DNA from: Oceanispirochaeta sp.
Lineage (GTDB): Bacteria; Spirochaetota; Spirochaetia; DSM-2461
Assembly (NCBI GenBank): GCA_963663385.2
Contig: CAXXXD010000002.1
Coordinates: forward strand, 32,001-96,000
Reading direction: 5' to 3'
Length of the DNA stretch: 64,000 nt
Numbering within the stretch: position 1 is the stretch's first letter; each line of letters starts with the position of its first letter. This document shows positions 29,953-39,716 of this stretch, piece by piece. The notes below the pieces were generated by a model, which was given only the letters and a program-made list of their open reading frames with translations, was not told the origin of the DNA and did not search any database. A program made the translations under genes and the position numbers.

Positions 29953-30759
29953 ATGAAAATCGGTTTCATCGGATCAGGGAATATGGCCAGCGCGATTATC
30001 GGCGGCCTAATTAATGCAAATCTGGTAGAAGAAGGAGAGCTTTTTGTCTGCGACTATTCAAAAGATGCTCTGGACAGAATCAAAAAGCGCTTTCCTTCTA
30101 TTAATACAACACAGAACAATCAGGAATATCTTTCGCAGCTTGATTACCTCTTTCTGGCAGTAAAGCCACATATCTATTCTCCCGTAATAGCTCAGATACG
30201 GGAGGAGCTTCAGGATAATACGGTTGTTATTACAATTGCCGCCGGTCAGACAAGCGACAGGGTTTTAAAGGAATTCGGCAAGCCTGTAAAACTGGTCAGA
30301 ACCATGCCGAACACACCGGCTCTGGTCGGAATGGGAATGACCGCTGTAACCACGGGAGACAGGTTGAACAAGGACGAGGTGGAGGAAGTTCTAACCCTTC
30401 TGAAAGCAATGGGTAAGGTTGAGATCCTTCCTGAATCCCTTTTTGACAGTTTTACAGCACTGTGCGGTTCCGGTCCGGCCTATGTTTTTATGTTCATCGA
30501 AGCCCTGGCTGATGGCGCCGTCAGAGAAGGAATTCCCCGGGACAGGGCCTATACCATGGCTGCCCAGACTGTTCTGGGATCGGCACAGATGGTTCTGGAA
30601 ACAGGAGTACACCCCGCCGTATTAAAGGATCAGGTCTGTTCTCCCGGCGGAACAACAATAGAGGCTGTCGGTTCTCTCGAGCAAACGGGTTTCCGTTCTT
30701 CCGTAATGGAGGCTATCCGGATCTGTACGGAAAAATCCATAAAGTTATCCAAGGGTTGA
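29953..30759 (+). CDS. proC: Pyrroline-5-carboxylate reductase
   Basis: IGSGNMA, LAVKP, RTMPNTP, GSGPAY and SPGGTT. Confidence 0.96.
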   Translation: MKIGFIGSGNMASAIIGGLINANLVEEGELFVCDYSKDALDRIKKRFPSINTTQNNQEYLSQLDYLFLAVKPHIYSPVIAQIREELQDNTVVITIAAGQTSDRVLKEFGKPVKLVRTMPNTPALVGMGMTAVTTGDRLNKDEVEEVLTLLKAMGKVEILPESLFDSFTALCGSGPAYVFMFIEALADGAVREGIPRDRAYTMAAQTVLGSAQMVLETGVHPAVLKDQVCSPGGTTIEAVGSLEQTGFRSSVMEAIRICTEKSIKLSKG

Positions 30760-33700
30760 ACCATAGTGTGAAGACAGGCGGCTGCGTTACAAAACATTCT
30801 TTCCTCATTCTTCTGTTCTTTGTGAAGGTTTTATCCGGTTTAGGAGCGGACAATCTGATCTTTGATCATCTGGGTATGGAAGAGGGGCTTGTCAACAATG
30901 CGGTTGCGGGAATTGTTCAGGACAGGAGAGGGTATCTCTGGTTTGGAACACAGAACGGACTGAACCGTTATGACGGCAGGGAATTTCTGCTTTATGACAG
31001 TGAACCCTTTAACAGAAACTCACTTCCCCATAATCAGATTCAATGCCTCTATCTGGATCCGGTCGATCCCTATCTATGGATCGGAACATATGAAGGGCTG
31101 TCCCGATTCAATCTGGATACGGAAGAGTTCCTGAATTTTACTTCCGATCCTAATATCAGTGAGCGTGTCCTTTCAAACGGCATTATTACAGCCGTTTTGA
31201 GAGACAGGAACGGAGATATCTGGGTGGGGACCCTGGACGGGTTGAATCTTATCCGGAGTAATACTGGAGATATCGAGGTTTTCCGGCATTCCGACGAGGA
31301 TGACAATTCCATTCTTCACAATACGATCCGTGCTTTAACAATGGATAAGGAGAACCGAATCTGGATCGGATCATACGGCGGTCTGGATATGTATGAGCCT
31401 GAACAAAACCTGTTTTCCCATTACTGGGCGGATCCGGGGAATCCTGAGGCTCTGCAGTCTCCTTATGTCATGGCTCTGGCCAAAGGCCCGAATGATACCC
31501 TCTGGGCCGGTACCTGGGACGGAGGACTTACCCTGTTCAATACCCGGAAGGGAACTGTTGAAAAACAGATTCCCCTTGAGGAGAATATCTATTTTGTGTC
31601 GGCAGATTACAGATCTCTCTGGATCGGGACATGGGGAAACGGGCTGTACAACTGGATAGCGGAAACAGACTCTCTTGTTCATTACAGGGAGGATCCCGAT
31701 GACCGTTATAAACTGAATCATGGGATTGCATACTCTTTCTTAAAGGACCGCAGCGGTGTTATCTGGATCGGAACCAACGGGGGCGGTATAAACAAACTGA
31801 ATTTCAATAAGAAGGATTTTCGCTACTTCTATCATATAAAGGGAGATAACCAATCCCTTCCCAAGGGGAATATTATTGAAATTACTGTAGATTCCAGGGG
31901 GGATTTCTGGGTTGGAACCTACAGTCACGGCCTCTGGCGGTTTCCGGGGGAGGACTCGGATTCATTGATTCACAACTGGATGCCCGATGAGGATGACCCG
32001 TTTTCCCTGTCTCACAGGAATGTTCATGTTATCCTTGAAGATACCAGAGGGGGGCTCTGGATAGGATCCCTTGGGGGGCTGGATAAATTTAATCCCGAAA
32101 CGGAAGACTTTGACCATATTCTGCTGGAAGGGTTTGGATATGATGAAACCAGCGAACCGATCATCTACTGCATGACCGAAGACCTTGACGGCACTTTCTG
32201 GATAGGAACCTATAGTTCCGGAGTTCTTCACTGGTCCGAAGAAGACGGGGTTCTGGATACGTTTTCATATGATCCGGATAACCCCGGGTTGTCCAATAAT
32301 CTGGTATTTGCCACTTCCCTCGACAGTCGGGGAGATCTCTGGGTCGGCACTAACAGGGGGCTTAACCGCTACAATCGGGAGAAAAACGAGTTTGAATTCT
32401 TTTACCATGATCTGGATAAACCGGGAACCCTGAGCAGTAATTATATTACTGCCATTATGGAAGACTCTCAGGGTAATCTGTGGATCTGTACGGATGGGGG
32501 AGGTTTGAACCGTTATAACAGAGAACAGGGCGATTTTTCCTTTTATACCAGAGAGGACGGTTTGATATCCAACCATTTACAGTCTATTCAGGAAGACAAA
32601 CAGCATCGTTTATGGATCGGGACAATTAATGGATTAAGTATTCTGAATCCTGAAACCGATGAATTCCTGACGGTGGATTCAAGCGATGGTATTATGGCTC
32701 CCAAAATGGATTTCGGAGCGGCCAGGGGAAAGGACGGTTCTCTCTATTTCGGATCAAGGGAGGGTATTCTGAGGTTCGAACCGACGATCCTCTATGATAA
32801 TAATATACCACCCCCACTGTATTTCAACGAAGTCAAGGTTATGGATCAGTCTGTTCGCATTTCGGATTATATGGGGGAGGGGAAAGTTCTTGAGCTGCCC
32901 TGGGACAAAAACTATCTCTCCTTTGAATTTGTCGCTTTGGATTTTACCTCTTCCGAGAGTAATCTCTATCGTTATAAAATGGAGGGATTGGATCAGGACT
33001 GGGTAAACAGTGCTAACAGAAACTTCGCCTCCTATGTAAACCTGAAACCGGGGCGCTATACTTTTATGGTTCAGGGATCCAATAATGACGGTGTCTGGAA
33101 TACGGACAGTCTGAAGCTCTCCATTTGGATAAAGGCACCGCCCTGGCAGCAGAAATGGTTTCTTCTCATTTATATTGCGTTGGGTATTCTCCTCTTTATT
33201 GTTGTATCAAATTTTCAGGCTAATTTTCTTCTCAAAAAGAAACTGCGGGATGCCGAGTCCAGCAGGAACAACCTTCAGGACCTGAATGACAGGCTGGAAG
33301 AGATGGCATGGAAGGATGCTCTCACCGGTCTGGCAAACCGCCGGTTCTTTGATCTCTCCCTTAACAATCTCTGGCATCTTGGGGTAAGGGAGAAGAAGAG
33401 GTTGTCCATTTTTATGATCGATGTAGATTTTTTTAAAGCCTATAATGACTTATACGGGCATCAGATGGGAGATGTCGCTCTTAGAAAGACAGCTGACATT
33501 ATACGGAGCGTTCTCAGACGGGAAACAGATGCTGTCTGCCGTTACGGCGGGGAGGAATTCTCAATTCTTTTGTTTGATATGCCGGATAAGGAAGCAAAGG
33601 CCATTTGTAAAAGCCTTCTTGAAAAAACGAGACAGATGCGTATTCCCCATGAAGCTTCTTCTGTCAGCTCTTACTTAACTATTTCCATCGGGTTAGCCAG

Positions 33701-33839
33701 CCTGATTCCGGATTTTGATATGGATGCGGAAGTTCTTGTCAGCAGGGCGGATAAAGCTTTATACCGTGCCAAGGGCAAGGGGAGGAACAGAATGGAATTC
33801 TATAACCCTGATAATAAACATGAGGTCCGGTATGAATAA
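30756..33839 (+). CDS. Membrane diguanylate cyclase with beta-propeller and Y_Y_Y sensor
   Basis: Many WIGT..GGL repeats, YRYKMEG, a TM segment, RETD I-site and GGEEF. Confidence 0.92.
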   Translation: MNHSVKTGGCVTKHSFLILLFFVKVLSGLGADNLIFDHLGMEEGLVNNAVAGIVQDRRGYLWFGTQNGLNRYDGREFLLYDSEPFNRNSLPHNQIQCLYLDPVDPYLWIGTYEGLSRFNLDTEEFLNFTSDPNISERVLSNGIITAVLRDRNGDIWVGTLDGLNLIRSNTGDIEVFRHSDEDDNSILHNTIRALTMDKENRIWIGSYGGLDMYEPEQNLFSHYWADPGNPEALQSPYVMALAKGPNDTLWAGTWDGGLTLFNTRKGTVEKQIPLEENIYFVSADYRSLWIGTWGNGLYNWIAETDSLVHYREDPDDRYKLNHGIAYSFLKDRSGVIWIGTNGGGINKLNFNKKDFRYFYHIKGDNQSLPKGNIIEITVDSRGDFWVGTYSHGLWRFPGEDSDSLIHNWMPDEDDPFSLSHRNVHVILEDTRGGLWIGSLGGLDKFNPETEDFDHILLEGFGYDETSEPIIYCMTEDLDGTFWIGTYSSGVLHWSEEDGVLDTFSYDPDNPGLSNNLVFATSLDSRGDLWVGTNRGLNRYNREKNEFEFFYHDLDKPGTLSSNYITAIMEDSQGNLWICTDGGGLNRYNREQGDFSFYTREDGLISNHLQSIQEDKQHRLWIGTINGLSILNPETDEFLTVDSSDGIMAPKMDFGAARGKDGSLYFGSREGILRFEPTILYDNNIPPPLYFNEVKVMDQSVRISDYMGEGKVLELPWDKNYLSFEFVALDFTSSESNLYRYKMEGLDQDWVNSANRNFASYVNLKPGRYTFMVQGSNNDGVWNTDSLKLSIWIKAPPWQQKWFLLIYIALGILLFIVVSNFQANFLLKKKLRDAESSRNNLQDLNDRLEEMAWKDALTGLANRRFFDLSLNNLWHLGVREKKRLSIFMIDVDFFKAYNDLYGHQMGDVALRKTADIIRSVLRRETDAVCRYGGEEFSILLFDMPDKEAKAICKSLLEKTRQMRIPHEASSVSSYLTISIGLASLIPDFDMDAEVLVSRADKALYRAKGKGRNRMEFYNPDNKHEVRYE

Positions 33840-36087
33840 AGATAATGTGGAACTGATTTGTAATATAGGTGAGCTGTCTGATCTTTTCAGAGAGAAAAGT
33901 GATATAAGGGGTTTCCTTCACAAGGTTGTGCGAACCGTCTCTCTTCATATGAAAGCGGACGTCTGTTCCATCTATCTGTACGATGAGTTTATTGACCGGC
34001 TTATTCTGGAGGCTACTGAAGGGTTGAATCCTGCTCTGATCGGGAAACTGATCCTGTCTATCGGCGAAGGACTGGTTGGTACTTCCCTGAAAGAACTCCG
34101 GCCCATTCTTGAAAAACAGGGCAGTGATAATCCTCATTTTATGCCGGTTCCCGGGAGTAATGAAGACCGGTATGAAGCTTTTCTGGCTGTTCCGATTGTT
34201 CAGGGGCTGTCCCGTATCGGTGTTCTGGTTCTGCAGCACTCAAGGCCGGGGTTTTTCAACCGGAATGATATGATGGCTTTAAAGGCCATTGCTTCCCAGC
34301 TGGCCACAACCCTGGAAAATGCCAAACTGCTAATGGGGGTAAATAAAAAGCCTGTCGAAGCAAAGGGGCGGATGGAACTGTCTGTTATACGGGGACGGCC
34401 TATTGTGGAAGGTGTCGGTATCGGTTCGGTGTATGTACTGGAAGAGCAGCATACGGCACGACCCTTTTACAGGGACGAGTGCACCCGCCTCGGGTTTGAT
34501 GATTTTCAGGCCGCATTGCAGCAGACCGCCGAGCAGCTTCAGGAGCTGCAGGCTGAAATGGAGGAGCGTCTCTCAGATGTGGCTTCCCTGATTTTCAGTA
34601 CCCATCTCCTGATGCTGCAGGATACCAGTTTTATCGGGTATATTGAGGATGAAATTGAAAAAGGAAAATCTCCCTGTCAGGCCGTAATAGAAAGAGTTGA
34701 GTATTTTGTGAAGCTTTTCTCACAGAGCGGGAATCCCCGTATTATGGAAAAAGTTCAGGATATCCGTGATCTGGGGCATAGAATTCTCCGGAATCTGGCC
34801 AGGGAAAATCAGGTGGCGGGAGACTATTCCGATCAGATCGTTATTGCCCGTGAACTTCTCCCTTCGGAACTTGTAAAAATAACAGCCCAGCATGTGGAAG
34901 GATTCGTTCTCTACAGCCAGGGGGCTTCCGCCCATATATCCATCCTGGCCAAATCGCTGGGTGTTCCCATGATGTTTACAGAGGACAAGAGTCTCTTTTC
35001 TCTGGAAACGGACACCCCCGTAATCCTCGACGGGATTCAGGGGAATCTGCTGATCAGTCCGGGTGAGGATACGGTAAAGGAATTCCTGAGTCTGAAAGAG
35101 GGGGCCTCCCGTCTGGAGGGCGAACTCGACTCGGTTAAAACCGAAACCCGTACCGCAGACGGGGAACGGGTTCATCTATATGCCACTATTAATATCCTCA
35201 GTGATATTTCCACCGCTCTGAAAGTTAAAGCCGAGGGAATCGGTTTATATAGAAGTGAATTCCCTTTTCTGATCCGGAACAGCTTTCCCAGTGAGGAAGA
35301 GCAGTACCTTGTCTATAAAAAGATCTTTGATCGAATGCCCTCCGAGATTATCACCCTGAGGACTCTGGATATAGGGGGGGACAAGATCCTGTCCTATATG
35401 CCGGATCAGGAAGAGGATAACCCTTTTCTGGGGCTGCGGGCGATTCGTTTTCTGCTGAAGAATAAAAAGATCTTTGTGAGCCAGTTAAAGGCCATGCTCC
35501 GGGCAGGACAGGGGCGTTCATTCAGGATAATGTTTCCTCTTATTTCATCGGTGGATGATTTTCTGGAATCCAAACGGATGGTGGAAAAAAGCCGTGAGTT
35601 TCTGATGAGGGACGGTTTCGAGTGCAAAACCATGCCTGAACTGGGGGTTATGGTGGAACTCCCCTCGGCTGTTGCCATGGCGGATGCTCTGGCCGAAGAA
35701 GCGGACTTTATTTCCATCGGTTCCAACGATCTGGTACAATACCTGCTGGGGGTGGACAGGACCAACGAAAAGGTTTCCGGTTTATACGAAGCCAGACACC
35801 CTGCGGTACTCCGTTCCATCAATTCTGTTGCAAAAGCGGCGGAACAGGCAAACTGTCCCTTAAGCCTGTGCGGTAATATGACCAGCGATAAGGGAATGCT
35901 TCACTTTCTGCTCGGAATCGGAATCAGGAATTTTTCTCTTACTCCGACTCTTATTCCGGAAGTTCAGGATTATATTAATACCCTTAGCGCCGAAGCTGCC
36001 GGAAAGAATGCCCGGCATGTGCTCTCTCTGAAAACCCTGAAATGTGTAGATGATTATATGAAAGGATTTCTCGATTCTCAGCCGTAA
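33832..36087 (+). CDS. ptsP: PEP-protein phosphotransferase with GAF domain (EI-Ntr-like)
   Basis: N-terminal GAF; SAHISIL phospho-His; GIGLYRSEF, RTLDIGGDK and IGSNDL. Confidence 0.92.
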   Translation: MNKDNVELICNIGELSDLFREKSDIRGFLHKVVRTVSLHMKADVCSIYLYDEFIDRLILEATEGLNPALIGKLILSIGEGLVGTSLKELRPILEKQGSDNPHFMPVPGSNEDRYEAFLAVPIVQGLSRIGVLVLQHSRPGFFNRNDMMALKAIASQLATTLENAKLLMGVNKKPVEAKGRMELSVIRGRPIVEGVGIGSVYVLEEQHTARPFYRDECTRLGFDDFQAALQQTAEQLQELQAEMEERLSDVASLIFSTHLLMLQDTSFIGYIEDEIEKGKSPCQAVIERVEYFVKLFSQSGNPRIMEKVQDIRDLGHRILRNLARENQVAGDYSDQIVIARELLPSELVKITAQHVEGFVLYSQGASAHISILAKSLGVPMMFTEDKSLFSLETDTPVILDGIQGNLLISPGEDTVKEFLSLKEGASRLEGELDSVKTETRTADGERVHLYATINILSDISTALKVKAEGIGLYRSEFPFLIRNSFPSEEEQYLVYKKIFDRMPSEIITLRTLDIGGDKILSYMPDQEEDNPFLGLRAIRFLLKNKKIFVSQLKAMLRAGQGRSFRIMFPLISSVDDFLESKRMVEKSREFLMRDGFECKTMPELGVMVELPSAVAMADALAEEADFISIGSNDLVQYLLGVDRTNEKVSGLYEARHPAVLRSINSVAKAAEQANCPLSLCGNMTSDKGMLHFLLGIGIRNFSLTPTLIPEVQDYINTLSAEAAGKNARHVLSLKTLKCVDDYMKGFLDSQP

Positions 36088-36485
36088 TGGCCCATAATTT
36101 CTTTAATTGTCTGATCAGCCAGATAGTCCCGGATATGGTGTTCCGTAACATCCCAGAAATGAGCCAGGATGCAGTCGTCGGTTCTGCCGCAAATGTGGTC
36201 ATCGTGGGTACAGGGCGCCAGAATAACCCCCTCCTCAACGGCTTCCAGAATATCCAGAACGGTAATATCTTCCACTGATTTGGCCAGGCGGAATCCCCCG
36301 GAAGCACCGCGTACGGATTCCGTAATCCCCGCTTTTTTCAGTTTGGTGAAAATCTGTTCCAGAAATATGGGTGACAGATCTTCGCTGTTGGATATTTTCT
36401 TTATGGAAATGGGTGTGTTGTCATCACTTAAAGCCATATTGACTATAGCTCTTAAAGCATAGCGTCCCTTAGTCGTTATTCTCAT
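36078..36485 (-). CDS. Rrf2-family regulator (IscR-like cysteines)
   Basis: MRITTKGRYA, SVRGASGGF, three C-terminal Cys followed by His. Confidence 0.9.
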   Translation of the reverse strand: MRITTKGRYALRAIVNMALSDDNTPISIKKISNSEDLSPIFLEQIFTKLKKAGITESVRGASGGFRLAKSVEDITVLDILEAVEEGVILAPCTHDDHICGRTDDCILAHFWDVTEHHIRDYLADQTIKEIMGHYG

Positions 36486-36654
36486 GGTTTTAATAGTATA
36501 TATATTGATATGACTTATCAAGGCTTCATTCTCTTTGTCTGGACTAATTTTTCAGAAAGGCAAAAAAATACCAAAATTAATAGGACATTTATATATGATA
36601 TATCTTGTAAGGTATTAACATGCTCCTAAAGAGTTAATCATGCGGAGGTCAGAA

Positions 36655-38001
36655 ATGACAGGGAAAGAGTTAATCACTAAACAATTTCAGGGAGAATCAA
36701 CCGAAAGAGCTCCCTGGGTTCCTTATACGGGTGTACAGATAGCCAATCTGAAAGGATATACGGCTGAAGAGGTCTTAAAAGATGCGGACAAATTAACAGA
36801 ATGCCTGCTGGAGGCTCACAAACAGTACTCTCCCGATGGTATGCCCGTTGTTTTTGATCTGCAGATAGAGGCGGAAATTCTGGGATGTGATCTGCTTTGG
36901 GCTGAGGATTCTCCTCCCACGGTTAAAAGCCATCCTCTGGCGGATACAAAAGAGATCCCCCGAACTCTTCCCGCCAGAACAGACGGTCGTATCCCCCTGG
37001 TTCTGGATGTCATGAAAGCCATGAAGGAGAAAGTCGGCGGCACGACTGCCCTGTACGGTCTGGTTTGCGGTCCCTTTACACTGGCTTCCCATCTGAGAAG
37101 TACCAATATCTTTATGGATATGTACGATGACGAAGAGTATGTTAAAAAACTGATGGCCTACTCAACAGATATTGCCATGGCCGTGGCGGACTACTATATC
37201 GAAGCCGGTATGGATATTATTGGATCTGTGGATCCTCTTATCTCCCAGATTTCTCCGGATATGTTTGAACAGTTTATGGCCGTGGATTACAAGCGATTTT
37301 ATGATCACTGCCGGGATAAGGGAGTATTCAGCTCTTTCTTTGTTTGCGGAGATGCCACCAAGAATCTGGATGTTATGGCCCAGTCCGGTCCGGACTGCCT
37401 TTCCATTGATGAAAATATAGATATTGCGGAGGCAAAGAAAGTAACCGAAAAACATGGAATCCTTATTTCCGGAAATATGCAGCTTACTGTTACCATGCTG
37501 CTGGGAAATCAGAAGGATAATCAGAAAGCAGCTATCGAACTGATGGATAAGATGGGAAACAGGGGATTTATCCTGGCTCCCGGATGCGATATGCCCTTTG
37601 GAGTTCCCGTAGAGAATATTGTAGGTATCGGACAGGCTGTTCAGAATATCGAATCCACAAGGAAATTCCTGGAAAGCTATGAGAAAGAGGTCGTCGAAAT
37701 TGATGTGGAAATGCCCGATTATGCCAACCTGGATCATGTGCTGATAGAAGTGCTGACTATCGATTCCAAGACCTGTGCGGCCTGCGGCTATATGAAAGCT
37801 GCTGCAGACGACATGATTGGGATTTTCGGGGACAAGGTAGAGGTTGTGGAGCGATCCATTATGGAAGCGGAGAATATTGCCCGGATTGGTAAACTGGGTG
37901 TTGCCAACCTGCCCTCCATGGCAATCAACGGAGAGGTTAAGCATATATCCCTGATTCCTTCCCGGGCGGAGCTTGAAGCGGAGGTTCGGGAACTGGTTTG
38001 A
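36655..38001 (+). CDS. Uroporphyrinogen-decarboxylase/MtaA-CmuA family protein with C-terminal thioredoxin-like domain
   Basis: GPFTLASHL, FVCGDAT and ILAPGCD; C-terminal CAAC; GGAGG SD before ATG 36655. Confidence 0.85.
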   Translation: MTGKELITKQFQGESTERAPWVPYTGVQIANLKGYTAEEVLKDADKLTECLLEAHKQYSPDGMPVVFDLQIEAEILGCDLLWAEDSPPTVKSHPLADTKEIPRTLPARTDGRIPLVLDVMKAMKEKVGGTTALYGLVCGPFTLASHLRSTNIFMDMYDDEEYVKKLMAYSTDIAMAVADYYIEAGMDIIGSVDPLISQISPDMFEQFMAVDYKRFYDHCRDKGVFSSFFVCGDATKNLDVMAQSGPDCLSIDENIDIAEAKKVTEKHGILISGNMQLTVTMLLGNQKDNQKAAIELMDKMGNRGFILAPGCDMPFGVPVENIVGIGQAVQNIESTRKFLESYEKEVVEIDVEMPDYANLDHVLIEVLTIDSKTCAACGYMKAAADDMIGIFGDKVEVVERSIMEAENIARIGKLGVANLPSMAINGEVKHISLIPSRAELEAEVRELV

Positions 38002-38006
38002 CCTCG

Positions 38007-38108
38007 CCCCCTCGACTTCGCTCGGGGATCTTCGGGGTATTCCTCCCTTCCTCGGGAGTATCCATTACTTGTGGGTAATCGAATGCTCCCAGAGGGAGAG
38101 GGGGAATT
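38007..38108. repeat. REP-like palindromes
   Basis: CCCCTCGACTTCGCTCGGGG plus a long imperfect hairpin ending GAGGGAGAGGGGGAAT. Confidence 0.6.
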
Positions 38109-38128
38109 GTATTAATAGGAGAATTATA

Positions 38129-39100
38129 ATGAGTGGAAAGATTGATATTGTGCTGCTCGCAGGATTTCTGGGGGCGGGAAAGACTACGGTGCTGAATGAG
38201 CTTATCCGCCAGTTTCCGGGTATTAAGCTGGGGATGCTGGTTAATGATTTCGGTGAAGTTCCTGTAGACGGTTCCCTTTTAAAGAGCGAGAATCCGGAAA
38301 TTCTGGAAGAGGGACATAAAATCTATGAAATAGGGAACGGTTCCATTTTCTGCTCCTGTCTGAAAGCGCCGTTTCTGTACGGGCTGCAGTATTTTGAAAA
38401 AGAGAAACCCGAACTCCTCTTCATCGAAGCTTCCGGGCTTTCCGATCCGTCCAGTATGGACAAGATTCTGAAGGAGCACGGGCTGGAGGGGGCTTTCCGG
38501 GTTAAAAGGGTTTTGACCCTGGTGGATCCTGTCCGCTATGTTCAGCTGGTACATGTTCTGGATGTCATAAGCCGGCAGATTATGGCGGCGGACAATCTTC
38601 TGATTAATAAAGCCGATCTGGTTACAGATGAGGAACTGAAAAAGGTCGAAGAGATGGTTCGGGAACTTAACCGGGAGGTGCCGATTCAGAAGGGTTCTTT
38701 CGGGCAGTTTGATTACTCTTTTCTCCGTGAAGAGGACAGGATGCACCGGATGGCGGATCGGGAGAGCTGCAATACCCCCGATACCAGACCGGCCAGCCTG
38801 TTTCTGGAAGGTTCTCTTCTGAATGAAAAGGTGCTGCTGGACTTTTTGAACTCCATAAAAGATGAAGTTTACCGCTTAAAGGGATTCTGGGAACTGGAGG
38901 GCGGGATGCGCTATGTTTCCGATACGGGACGGGGCTTCAGTATCACTCCTGCGGAGAAAAGCGGGATCAGGTCGGGTCTGACAGTGCTCTGTCCTCCCGC
39001 AAACGCGGAAACCGTTCAGGCGGCCTGGCAGAGGTTCCGGGAAGATAAATTCAGGATGGTCGGCGGAGGCGGTATAAGCGGGGGGCTCGGGCTGCGGTGA
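38129..39100 (+). CDS. COG0523/CobW-family GTPase metallochaperone
   Basis: GFLGAGKTT, NDFG, GSIFCSC, IEASG and NKAD; AGGAG SD before 38129. Confidence 0.9.
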   Translation: MSGKIDIVLLAGFLGAGKTTVLNELIRQFPGIKLGMLVNDFGEVPVDGSLLKSENPEILEEGHKIYEIGNGSIFCSCLKAPFLYGLQYFEKEKPELLFIEASGLSDPSSMDKILKEHGLEGAFRVKRVLTLVDPVRYVQLVHVLDVISRQIMAADNLLINKADLVTDEELKKVEEMVRELNREVPIQKGSFGQFDYSFLREEDRMHRMADRESCNTPDTRPASLFLEGSLLNEKVLLDFLNSIKDEVYRLKGFWELEGGMRYVSDTGRGFSITPAEKSGIRSGLTVLCPPANAETVQAAWQRFREDKFRMVGGGGISGGLGLR

Positions 39101-39111
39101 GGGTATCTGCT

Positions 39112-39450
39112 CTAAAGGAGCTTTGACCCTAAATCCACATCTTTATCCGGGACTGCTAAAACGACATTATTATCAGAGTTATAAAAACCGGTTACCAGAC
39201 ATTCCGACTGCATGTTGGCTATCTGCTTATCAGGGAAATTGACAACGGCAATGATTGTTTTTCCCAGCAGGTCTTCTGGTGAGTACAGGTCTGTTATCTG
39301 ACTGCTGGTTTTTTTAATTCCTATGTCTCTGCCAAAATCAATCTGCAGCTTATAGGCCGGTTTTCTGGCTTCCCTGAAAACCTCGGCTTTGATGATCTTT
39401 CCTGCCCTTAATTCTACTTTTTCATAATCATCCCATGTGATTGTGTCCAT
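39112..39450 (-). CDS. csaA: tRNA-binding protein / CsaA chaperone
   Basis: ARKPAYKLQIDFG and AVVNFPDKQIA; start moved to MDTITWDD. Confidence 0.85.
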   Translation of the reverse strand: MDTITWDDYEKVELRAGKIIKAEVFREARKPAYKLQIDFGRDIGIKKTSSQITDLYSPEDLLGKTIIAVVNFPDKQIANMQSECLVTGFYNSDNNVVLAVPDKDVDLGSKLL

Positions 39451-39716
39451 AGTTGCAACCTCTGTTTTGTTTCCCAAATATTGCTCAATTCCCATGTGGT
39501 GGAAGGGAATTTCTGCTTCCAAACGGTGTATTGCGGTGTGTCGAGTGAACTTTAAATATAAAGTTCTTTAGGATTTCAATCTGCTCTATCAGGTTTTTCA
39601 TTGTATCAAAATTTCTATTGACAATGTATTTAATAATGTAATATTCCTTAAATTTTAGAAGTACCTAAATCGAGATAGTGGGCAATATAAAAATAATGAT
39701 TTTATTATTCTACAAG

